From contig NC_043009.1 in the NCBI RefSeq assembly GCF_006345805.1, positions 45,074,001-45,138,000 of the forward strand: DNA of 64,000 bases. The letters run 5' to 3'. The notes beneath the pieces are model-generated. The model worked only from the letters and a program-made list of their open reading frames with translations, made no database searches and had not been told where the DNA came from. The stretch's first letter is position 1; every line of letters starts with the position of its first letter. Positions 52,538 through 64,000 of this stretch are shown one piece after another. A program made the position numbers and the translations under genes. The stretch is from Octopus sinensis. Taxonomy: Eukaryota.

Positions 52538-54884
52538 TATATAAATATATATATTTACATATATATATATACATGTATATATATATATATATATTATATA
52601 TATATATATACATGTGTACATATATACTCGCTGTATACATACATACATTCACACTTACACACACAATAAAACATTGCTCCATGCCCCTCACACTAGCACC
52701 CTTAACTTCCACCCCTCTTTATTATCCCGAAGCATGTGATTACTTAAATATTGTAAGCAAACCCCCTTTTCAAACGAATCTACAGCAAACATCGTTAAAA
52801 ATACGAACAAACATTGATTATAAGGCAAGAAAAAAAAAACATAAATGAAACAAATAAGCACACATACACAGGCGCATACATACATATACATACATACATA
52901 CATACATACATACATACATACATACATACATACAAATATATACACAGACATGCACATAAATATATACAGTTACAATACATACGCACATGTATACACATAA
53001 CGCACCAAACAATATGCATAAAAATGTAAAAATAAATGAAAATATATATCGAAATATAATATAAATTCTTGTTATTGAAGATAAATTGATATTTGTGTGC
53101 AGGATAATGGCCACTTTGACAATGTAGGGTGAACTTGTGTGGAAAACAAATGCATTAATTAGTTTCAAGAGACTAGAAATGAGGCGACTGAAAAAATTCC
53201 TTCAACTTGCTTTAGAAGTTTTAAAACTGGGTTTTAGATCATAGCTCTTAGAATGTAGATCAAGTGTTAAGCACCCAACGAACCGAATCCGCTGAACAGA
53301 AACTATAAATGTTTATAAGAAACAACGGAAGCATTTTTATAATTTTCTTTCCTTTTTGTTATATTTATATAATAAGGCTCTTGATGTAAAAACCTTTCTG
53401 ATAACATATTTTATTGTATTTCACGAAGGCGGGGCAACTGAAACGATGCAAGTATACCCGTCATTAGCTGCCTGTTTAGGGAGTTTTGTAGTTTCGATGC
53501 CTAGGAAGTTCATTCTTCTAATAAAAACATTATATAAATTTTGTTTAGAGAAGGAAAGGAAACTTTCATAACCTCACATTGCTGAGGCGAGGAGATTGGT
53601 ATAGCTGAAAGTGAGAATGAAACCATGCATCATGAACTGAAGTAGTGCATTGAGTTATTCTCAGACAGAACACCTTCTCTGGACCTGCCTGTAACAAAAT
53701 AAACTCTGATAAAAGACACTCAAGTATCTACGAGTAGAGTTAAAGTGTGTGGCGGGTTAGATCTAGCGCTTAAAAATATAATATATCGGCCTTTTGTACA
53801 GCTTCTGTATATCCAGTTTAAATCACAAGGTTTGGGTTATCTCGAACCGTTGTAGAAGAGAACTACCGAAGTGCCGCGCATTGGGTTTGAATAATCCGGA
53901 AACAGGTAATAGAAAGGAGCTTTTACGGAATATTTTGGTCAAAGGTTTACTCACTCAACAACAATAACATCAACAAAACTATGTTAATACATACGTGGGA
54001 TTTTATACTGAAAGGAATAATCGAAAAGATTACTCACACACACACACACACACGCTCGTGCGCGTGCGCGTGTGCGTGCGCGTGTACTATGTATGGATGT
54101 AAGTGTCTATGTGTGTGTATGTTTGTGTGAGTCTGTGGTAGAACCTATTAGAACTTAGGCACAAACGATAGGGACGTATATAGCAGACAGAACAATCGAA
54201 AATACCCTCGTCATCTAGTAATTTTTATGGTTTCGACGCCTGCAAGATCCATTCTTCCAAATGATGCACAGACCCTTTCTAAGTGAATTAATTACCTAAT
54301 TCAGTTAACAATAAATAAATGAATTACATTCAGAATGACCATGGTATATAACGAAATCTATTTCAACAAAAAGTTTTCATATCAAGAATCGTGTGATAAA
54401 ATATTAAAAAAATATAACAACTCCCGATTAACACGGCTTTGAAGACCATGTGAGAATTTACATCACTTAGAAGCTGATACAAAATTACGAATAACATAGA
54501 CCCAACCTCGATTACTAGAGTGCGAAATGGTTTTGTTGTAATAATGTTATATAAACTTCGGTAACTTGATAGTAGTCGTAATTGTGATCATGCACGGTTC
54601 GGTTTCCTCTTAACATTACCTAGTTCCGACACCGTCTTGTCAGTAGCATATACAACATTGTGGATTACAGAAAAAATACCGCAGTTAAACTTTTCTCTGG
54701 ATTTAATTAAACAACTGAATATGTGTATGAACCTTACACTTCATGCCAAACACATGTTCATTAACATTAAGTCTCTTTTGGTTTTATAAATGCTGCACTA
54801 TTTGAGTTGGGTGTTTTGTGTAGTATTTATATTAATCCACACAGAGCAGAATACGCTAACGTTGGGCAAATATCTCCTACTACC

Positions 54885-55118
54885 TATTTCTTTACTACCC
54901 ACAAGGGGCTAAACATAGAGTGGAAAAACAAGGACAGACACACCGATTAAGTCGATTATATCGACCCTCAGTACGTAACTGGTACTTATTTAATCGACCC
55001 CGAAAGGATGAATGGCAAAGTCGACCACGGCGGAATTTGAACTCAGAACGTAACGGCAGACGAAATACGGCTACGCATTTCGCCCGGCGTGCTAACGATT
55101 CTGCCAGCTCGCCGCCTT
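54885..55118 (-). mobile_element. SINE family B, full length
   Basis: Reverse complement of the 14674 family. Confidence 0.9.
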
Positions 55119-55129
55119 ATATCTCCTGC

Positions 55130-55194
55130 TACCGCCCCAGACCAACCAAAGCATTGTGAATGAATCCGGTTGATGGAAACTGTGTAGAAGCACG

Positions 55195-55252
<58 letters not shown>

Positions 55253-55535
55253 CAAACGTATATGTGCGTGAGTGTGTGTAAATGTATGTGGAAGTGAGTG
55301 TGTTTGTATCTATCTATCTTTGTAGCTGTGTTTCTCACCCCAGCGTTTGACAACCGGTGTTGGTTTGCTTGCACCCTTGTATCTTAACGTTTCAGCAAAA
55401 GAGCCCGATAGAATAAGTATGAGACTTAAAGGAAAAAAATTACACTGGGGTCCATTTGTTCGACTAAAACCATTAAAGGCAATGCTCCAGTATGGTCACA
55501 ATCCAATGGCTGAAATAAATCAAAGATGAAAGATT
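55130..55535 (+). mobile_element. SINE family A, decayed
   Basis: Central domain, (TA)n, degenerate tail. Confidence 0.7.
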
Positions 55536-55706
55536 AAAGTTATTATAATACGTAAATTACCCTTAATGGCTATGAGAAAAGAATGAATAAATTTCTGGTG
55601 TTAATAATAAATCTGGATGTTAACTTGGTGGTTATATAAAAGATACGTATGTGGTGACAAAATAGAAAGAATGAAGAGATAGTAAGAAGAAATGAAAGAA
55701 AAATAG

Positions 55707-56920
55707 ATGATTGTGGAAGTAAAAAAAGATAAAGGCGTATTAAGATCAGATAAGCAGAGAACGCGTAATAGAAGCAGCATCATGACTGAGATTGAGTGTC
55801 TGTTGTTTTTGTGGTTGGAATATTGCAACCAAATTAGAATTCCTCTAAGCACTATGGATATAAAATGGAAATTTTTTAGGTATTTTCTTTGTAATTAAGA
55901 AAAATATAATAAAAAAGAAAATAGGATTCCAGCTGACGCTGAAGAAACATTTATAAGTTGTTCTGGTTGGGTTGAAGGTGGTGGCTGTGGTGGTTGTTGT
56001 AGGGGATCGACATTGGAACGGGTACTCACAACAACTCAGGTATGATAGGGAGGGGGTTGCAAATGCAGAGAATAATATAGCACAAAAATGTCATGCTATT
56101 TTGAAGAAAAAAAAAAGGGAAAAGAAAAAAAATAATTGAAGAATAGGATCATGACGTTAGACAAATATTCAATGTCGATGAAATAGACCCATTCTGGAAA
56201 AAATGTCTTCAAAAAACATTTTATGTAAGAAAGAAAAAAAGAAGTAAAATGATTTAAAAAGAGGGAGAAAATCTAAAAGAAAACTTCAAATTAAAACACA
56301 TATTAGTGATTCACGCACAGAACCCCAGGACCGTTAAAAGTTATAGCTAATGATCTCAACCAGTGCTTTGGTGCTCAAACATCAAATCATGGGCAACCAA
56401 GTTTTAACTATTTTTTCCCCGACTATTGTAAAATTATTGTAAAATCTGTAATCCTACCACCAAAATTTTACTATTTCTAGTCAAATGTCTTTAGTCATCC
56501 TATTTTATATAGTGACCCGTGAAATTAATATTTTTGTCCCTCTTTCCTTTTGTTATCTATGAACCACAAAGTGGTTGCTACTTTTAAGGCTTACCTTTTC
56601 TGTAGAACCTTTGATGAAACGAAGTTACGAGAGAATATGGAATTTCATCTGTAAAATTTTGGAAACAATTTAATATAAAAGTTGCCATTGGAAATATTCA
56701 TGAATCGTTAGAAGAACTGATAACAAGCAACATGGGAACCAAGTGAAAACGTATTTTACCGCATTGCGTTAACGATTTCGCTAACCTTGCAAAATATGAA
56801 GAAATTATCGAAGAACTAGCATTGGAAGACAACTTGATTTCTATGAAATAGATCATACTAATGTACGTGATGTGCTTAATTCATATTTGGAGGAATTAGC
56901 TGATCATGACCTTCTTTAAG
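55707..56920 (+). pseudogene. Tigger/pogo transposase pseudogene
   Basis: CENP-B-like HTH (MTEIECLLFLWLEYCNQIRIPLS), SGW, QIFNVDE..FWKK, FKLK..NPR, VVATFKAY..FWKQFNI, in correct order across frameshifts. Confidence 0.85.
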
Positions 56921-57303
56921 CATGCAGATAAAGAAGAGAAGTGAACAACAAATGAAAGAAATAATGGGAAAAGAATTTGGTAGCATATTTCAAGAATTTT
57001 AAGAATTTAAGCAATAAATAATTATTATTGATCCGAATATCGAGGTATGCAAGATGGACAAAATTATGGGAAAATTCTTTAATGTTACAAGTAAATATAT
57101 ACAGAGGAAAAGAAGGAGTGCAAATTAAAGGATTCCGGACATGCATTTTCGAAAGAAATAAAGTACATTTATAGACGGTAAAAGTTTCAAGAAAATAAAA
57201 GTACATCAGTTCCATATGCGATAACAAGTGACTGCAACTGAGAATCGATACAGAAATCTTGGAATCTGTTTTCTACCTACTTAACACATCGCTAATAAGT
57301 TCA

Positions 57304-57803
57304 TCTCTCCTTATCTCCTCAAAGACATACAGCATCTCGAAAGAGTCCAGAGGCTGGCTACCCGCATGGTTCATGGTCTCAAAAATTTGTCCTACGAAGA
57401 AAGGCTGAGGACGCTCGACCTTTATTCTCTTGAAAAACGCCGCCGCCGTGGTGATCTCATTTTCGCCCACAACATCATAAGCGGGAAGTGTAACCTCTCG
57501 AAAGAGCTGTTCTTCACTCCTGCTCCGGAGCGTCGGCTGCGGGGTCATTCCGAAAAGCTCTACCTGCGACGATTTCATCTCAATCGAAGGAGAGGAGCTT
57601 TCTCCGTCCGGGTTGCGGATCCGTGGAACAAGCTGCCAGACGAGATGGTGAAGATGCCGACGACCGCTTTGTTCAAAGCCTCCCTGGACCTCAAGTGGCC
57701 TGAACTCTTTACATGAACACCACCCTGTACTTAACTCCATGTCCCCCTACATGGCCTTGCTATTTGCTTTTGAGCCAAATTAACTAACTAACTAACTAAC
57801 TAA
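57304..57803 (+). mobile_element. CR1-clade LINE 3' end, young
   Basis: Open frame SPYLLKDIQHLERVQRLATRMVHGLKNLSYEERLRTLDLYSLEKRRRRGDLI..LRGHSEKL..FSVRVADPWNKLP to stop 57716; short 3' UTR and (TAAC)n tail. Confidence 0.93.
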
Positions 57804-58015
57804 CGCTGATTTCTCTTTGACTAGAAAATAAAAGATCTATATTTTGATAATATAGAGGAAATGGGATATCGTGATGCTCATACGTTTTCCGGCAGTGGGT
57901 GGACTGGGAGAGAAATTACTGAGTTAAGTGAAGTTGCATCGATCGAACCCGGACTGAAACCAGAAAACCGTCTCCTCTCACCAGAAGTTTGTCTCTTGTT
58001 TTACATGCATGCTAC

Positions 58016-59083
58016 CAATGCTCCTGATAATTTTTGGATCTTTTCCTTTTGAACGGCACATGTCAACACAATTTCTAGTTAACTAAACACTTTTAAACTT
58101 CGTATACTGGTAGAATGTGTTTATAAAACATCATTTTTTTCTTGGCTTTATTGAGAAAATTCTATATGTTGTAAGATATTGCGTCTGAAATTTCGAGCAT
58201 TTCGGCAATTTTAACCAATCGGTGACCTCCATTTGGGGTGAAAACATTCCGTGCTGTATGAATATGTCCCTCGTTTAAGAAACAGATTGGGTTTATTTAC
58301 ATTTGCGAAGAAAAAAAGATACCCTTCCCCCACCCCTAACCTTAACCCTAACTCTAACCCTAAATCTAACCCTAAATCTAAAATAGATTGAAATGCAATA
58401 GATCGATACTAGGGTTATAATTATGGGTGGCATTTTCATTTGACACCGCTAGGAAAAAATCCCATTTTCCGTAGCGGTGTCGTATGAAATTGTCACCCAT
58501 AATTATAACCCTAGTATAGATCTATTGCATTTCAATCTATTTTAGATTTAGGGTTAGAGTTAGGGTTTGGGTTAGGGGTGGAGGAAGGGTATCTTTTTTC
58601 TTCGCAAATGTAAATAAACTCAATCTGTTTCTTAAACGAGGGACGTATTCATACAGCACGGAATGTTTTCACCCCAAATGGAGGTCAGCGATTGGTTAAA
58701 ATTGCCGAAATGCTTGAAATTAAAGTGGAAATATGTTACAACATATAGAATTTTCTCAATAAAGCCAAGAAAAAAATGATGTTTTATAAACACATTCTAC
58801 CAGTATACGAAGTTTAAAAGTGTTTAGTTAACTAGAAATTGTGTTGACATGTGCCGTTCAAAAAGAAAAGATCCTAATTTTTTTGCTGCGAGTGTGCGCA
58901 GAAATTTGCATTGTGTTCAGGTTTCGCCTGCCTCTGCAGTTGTATGCGCATCCCTGTTAGTCACAATCTTCAATTAAAAAAATTTCATTTCATTGTGAAA
59001 ACCTGGCGTGTAAGCAATTTTGCCTTCCTAGGGCCAAACATGTGCGAGCGCGCGCACTAGCACACAGCTTAGAAGGAACACTG
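58016..59083. mobile_element. hAT-type MITE interrupted by the palindromic element
   Basis: Ends caatgctcc..taattttt and cagcttagaaggaacactg (reverse complement cagtgttccttctaag); degenerate 8-bp flanks catgctac/ctcgctat. Confidence 0.6.
58036..58874. mobile_element. Non-autonomous foldback DNA transposon, Merlin-like
   Basis: About 420-bp inverted arms, about 7-nt loop near 58460, GG..CC termini, exact 8-bp TSD TAATTTTT at 58028-58035 and 58875-58882. Confidence 0.82.
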
Positions 59084-59819
59084 CTCGCTATCCATGATAT
59101 ATAGCATTAACTAGACAGCCCTGAACATCACGAGTTACTTATATATATATGTTTGTATATAAATTTGTGGCCTTCTTTTTATATATAAAAAAAATCAATA
59201 ATTTTTGTGCATGCTTAGAAACAGGTACACACACACACATTGCGTTTCTCTCTCTTTCTCTCGCTCTCGCTTTCGTACTTGCAATACAAGCAATAGTTTA
59301 TACATGGTAGAACACACACACACACACCCGCACGCAAAAACACACAGATACACGCAAACACACACACACGATCTAGTTATAACTATGCACACACACGCAC
59401 ACACACACATACAAATATGAATAAGAGAAACAGTATATGTTATATAAATCAATAATGCAAAATATCCACCAAGGAGCCTACAAATGGTTGTTGGACCTGC
59501 TAAAAATACCAGTCAAAACCACTCTAAAATCTCACTCTTGCGAGTCAAGAACAAAAAGGACACACTAAGCAATGTAGTCCTCGATACGCTAAGTCTGAAC
59601 ATAAATGGAGCGACCAAGGATGGTACCCATTTGCTGATAGGTTTTCGTTTTCAGTAGCTTAAGTAAAGCAACTACACAGAAATATCTAATAATTGGCAAC
59701 ATAAATACACATGTATACATATATAAATAGACAGATATATATACACAGATATACAACTAGCTATAGTCAATGAAGGCACTAGAATTCAGGGTTTAGCAAT
59801 ACATTAAATAAAATCTTCC

Positions 59820-59838
59820 TAACTCGTCCGTCCGTCCA

Positions 59839-59877
<39 letters not shown>

Positions 59878-59882
59878 GTCTG

Positions 59883-59961
<79 letters not shown>

Positions 59962-60150
59962 CCTATTGAGCCACAAATCGTGTATCATAGGGCTGCCTTC
60001 CTGATATACAGCATACCTCACGCAGATAAATCAAGATCGGTCGATCGATTAATCAGTCAGTCAGTCAGTCACTCAATCAATCAATCAATCGACCAATTGA
60101 TCAATCAATCTTTGCTTATCTAACTGTCTGTCTGTCTGTCTATCTATCTA

Positions 60151-60190
<40 letters not shown>

Positions 60191-60195
60191 AAATA
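59820..60195. repeat. (TGTC)n/(TATC)n/(TCAA)n tetranucleotide arrays
   Basis: Read directly. Confidence 0.95.
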
Positions 60196-60282
60196 AACAT
60201 CCAATTATATATTATTTATTTAGTGAACTACACACGCATAGTAGCATCTTTAACACACCCACGTGTATCTTAAAATTAGATG

Positions 60283-60353
<71 letters not shown>

Positions 60354-60655
60354 CTGTAGATTTTTGAAAAATCAGTAAATGTGTTAATATTTTACCGTGT
60401 CAACCCACAATCTTCATTATCTTTATTATGGAAATTACTGAAAGTTATAAACTGGCTCGTTTTCGACAACATATTCATATACACACGCAAACGTGCGCGC
60501 AGACATACACAAACACATAAAACACACAAACAGATACACGTGCACACGTATATATATATATATATACATACACTCTCTTTTGTATACTGCAAAATGAATA
60601 GACACGCTGTCTAGTACATTATATATGTGTAAGTATTAATATATATATATGTATG

Positions 60656-60728
<73 letters not shown>

Positions 60729-61010
60729 CATACACACATATGTGCTTATACATACATATACTCACATACACACATATGTACGTTATATACCCAAAAGGAC
60801 ATACATATATATATATATATATATATGTATGCATATAATATATGTATATATATATTTATGCATATATATATATATGTTTGTAGGTATGTAAGATGGGAAC
60901 ACATACATATGCATGCAAATGTATGCATCTGTATCTATATTTATAGATCTATATATGCATATATATATATATATATGTATATACATATCTATATATATAT
61001 TATATATATA

Positions 61011-61137
<127 letters not shown>

Positions 61138-62269
61138 TATATATATACATATATATATACGCATATATATATGCATATATATAATATATATATATGTATG
61201 TGTGTGTGTGTGTGTATGCACATGCACATATACACACCTTTGTTATCAGTCATGTCGATGCATACCAATTAGCTTAGCAGAAGAGATTTTCGGCTTAAAT
61301 ATGTTGAGTTTCAGATTAATGGAGCTGTTATGTCATCAAATGTTGTTCAGAAATAACAAGACAAAATATGTTTTGGAATTATGGATGCAATCGTCATATT
61401 GAAGAGGAGAAGAAAAGATAGGATGTGTAACAGATCAAAAGTGAAACTAGCTGGAAATAACACGCAACTGCTAGACGCCGCGCCATGTCGCCTAATATCG
61501 TGGAATCATTCATTATATATTAATTCTATAATTTTATCTTGTTTTCTGTTTTCTTTACTGAGCTTTTTGGCATTCTGGTTACTTTCGTTTGGCTTTCGTT
61601 GGCTTTATTTGGCTCTGTTTCAAAAAATTGTTTGTCCTTGAGCTTCAATTAATCGTTCTCAACCTCAAGAGTTATTCGTCTTTCAAGCTGATTAAGTTTT
61701 GGTGTATATCAAGAACGACAACTGTGTCATGTGAAACTGGTTTCGTCAGAGTAGCATCATTCTTTGTATAAGCCACACAACAAGCGATCAATGTTAGTTC
61801 GAGCGTAGTTTGAAGCCATGATACATCTCTGGTTCGTTGAACAATGCCAATGCGAAACACAATTAGCGTAAAAGATCCTATTATGTAAAAAAGAAAATTA
61901 ACGATAAAGAAAGAAAGAACATAAAGAGTTTTCTATTTGCTGTTAGGTACCAATGAAGTATAAATAAGTTTTTACTTTCGTTAGTGTAATACATATAACA
62001 ATCATCCAAGCCAAATATACAATGGAAACAAATTTATTATTTGAGTCGAAGCCAGGTGGTAGACTGAAGACCATTAGAATCTCGGGAAAAATGTCTTGTA
62101 GCATTTATTCTGCTTCTTTATATCCTATGTTCAAATCCCGCCGAAGTCAACATTACCTGTCATATTTTTGGGGTCCTTAAAATGAAGTACCAGTCAAGGA
62201 TTACTCAGCGGAATCGACCGACCCCTCCTCTTAAGAATTGCTGCCCTTATGTTTAAATTTTTATTGGTT

Positions 62270-62480
62270 TCAAATTTTGGTACAAGGCCAGCAAATTCAG
62301 GGGGAGGGACCAGTCAATTATATCTACTCAGTGTTCAACTCATACTTATTTTATCGACCATGTAAGGATGAAAAGCAAAGTAGACCTCGGTGGAATTTGA
62401 ACATCTGAATGTAAAGACGGACAGAATGCCGCAAAGCATTTAATCCGGTATGCTAACGATTCTACTAGATTGCCACCTTT
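62270..62480 (-). mobile_element. SINE family B variant, decayed
   Basis: ttttggtacaaggccagc end plus reverse complement of the family B central block. Confidence 0.7.
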
Positions 62481-62486
62481 GTTTAA

Positions 62487-62770
62487 ATTATTATGATTAT
62501 TATTTGGTAGTCTAATTTTTATCATGTACTTTCACTGCACTATTGAACGCAGCTGTGTGTGCCTTGGGTATGTGCTGTGGTTTGTTGTGGTGCTCTTATT
62601 TTCTCTGTACTGAAAGTGTTTTACGTAGGATGTGTGCGGTGCCTAGTAGTGCCAATTTCTGTGTTATATATACTTGTAAGTCCTGCTTTTGTTATGTATG
62701 TGTCTGGACGTTTTTTTATCATACCTAATGCGCCTACTATGATAAGAATTGTTTTTGCTTTTAGGCTCAA
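62487..62770 (-). mobile_element. Dong/R4-clade 3' fragment (subfamily B)
   Basis: LKAKTILIIVGALGMIKK then, across a frameshift, LALLGTAHILRKTLS; 3' UTR ends in (TAA)-like tail. Confidence 0.8.
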
Positions 62771-63390
62771 GTACGGTGCCAGCTGTTCACTACCAGTGTA
62801 CTAAGGTAACACCCCTTAGTTTTCGAGCACCATCCGGAGTATTCGAGCGGTTCCAAACAGTACTGTTTTCTGCAAGTGCTCCACCCTTATTGCAGCCCCT
62901 ATTTGTTCCTTGTACTTCTCAAGATTTTTACTCATTGTTCTTAGGGCTCCGACAATTATTGGTAGTACTACCACCTTTTTCACCATCTAAGCTAGCCTGT
63001 CATATCTATCCACTTTTCTGTTTTCCTTATCGCATACCTTGTTGTCAGGTGGGCATTCTATATCTCTGATCCAGCGTTGTTTGCTTTCTTTCCCAATTAA
63101 CACTATGCCTGGTTTCCTTTTCTCTATCTCATGGTCGTACTGAATCATAAAATCCCATAGGATCTTTGCATTATCATTTTCGAAGATGCTTTCGGCTTTA
63201 TCAGGTTTATGTTCGTACCACCTTTTTGCTCTATCAAGTCCATATTTGTTGCAAAGTGTTCAATGGACAATCCTTGCTATATTGTCATGACGTCTCATAT
63301 TCTTTCTAGGCTAGTGGCGTACATTACCTGGTAGTATGCCATACGGTTTCACTATTTTGTCCACAAATCCTGCACTTACCACTTTCTGAT
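62770..63390 (-). mobile_element. Dong/R4-clade 3' fragment (subfamily A)
   Basis: KCRICGQNSETVWH..RHDNIARIVH..KILWDFMIQYDHEI..KPGIV..PIIVGAL..LFGTARILRMVL. Confidence 0.9.
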
Positions 63391-63443
<53 letters not shown>

Positions 63444-63449
63444 TATCAC

Positions 63450-63487
<38 letters not shown>

Positions 63488-63534
63488 GTATAATCATCAT
63501 CATCATCATAATCATCATCATCATCATCATCATC

Positions 63535-63565
<31 letters not shown>

Positions 63566-63572
63566 TCATCAA

Positions 63573-63622
<50 letters not shown>

Positions 63623-63660
63623 TCATCATCATCATCATCATCAGTAATAATAATTACTAT
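63390..63660. repeat. Compound trinucleotide array ATC-ATT-ATC-AAC-GTC-ATC-AAT
   Basis: Read directly. Confidence 0.97.
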
Positions 63661-64000
63661 TATTGCTATTATCCTTATTAGGAGGAATGGTTTGGCAGAA
63701 TCAAAGGAGCCTCGACAGAAAATGCCTTGCAGTATTTTGTTACTGCTCTTTACATTCCGAGTTCAAAGCCAACCGAATTCACCTGAATGTTTTGTGTTTA
63801 GTTTATATCACTGATATTCTGTGTTGAAATCCCGCCATCCTTCCAGTCTCGATGAAATATTTATGTTTCCTCTCAAATACTGGGGCTAATATAATCGACT
63901 GTACACCCGCTTCAAAATCTGCTCCCGCCTCCTTGTGACATTATTACAAATCTAATAATACCATTGATTTTGTAGAACACTCAACAGAATGTCTTGCAAT

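Overview
AT-rich, microsatellite-saturated eukaryotic DNA whose repeat content (tRNA-derived SINEs with internal (TA)n/(TG)n tracts, Penelope, Dong/R4, Tx1/L1, CR1, mariner, Tigger) strongly suggests an octopus (coleoid cephalopod) intron or intergenic region. No host protein-coding gene can be supported, and most ORF-track entries are translated microsatellites. What can be supported is a dense stack of mobile elements: about 25 SINE copies in three families, five non-LTR LINE lineages, Penelope fragments including a hammerhead-like terminus, Tc1/mariner, pogo, hAT, Helitron and Merlin-like DNA elements. The best leads are: (1) a complete, TSD-flanked 2.16-kb retroelement encoding only a gag-like ORF1 with no ORF2 (34669-36827, HAL1-like); (2) an 839-bp near-perfect palindrome with GG..CC ends, an 8-bp TSD and telomere-type repeats, nested in a hAT MITE (58036-58874); (3) a nest of microsatellite-associated Dong/R4 and Tx1 elements (21445-25595); (4) a hammerhead-like motif (50046-50080) and an RFX X-box inside a hairpin (19885-19927). 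All calls are by eye; boundaries without an explicit TSD/TIR are approximate.
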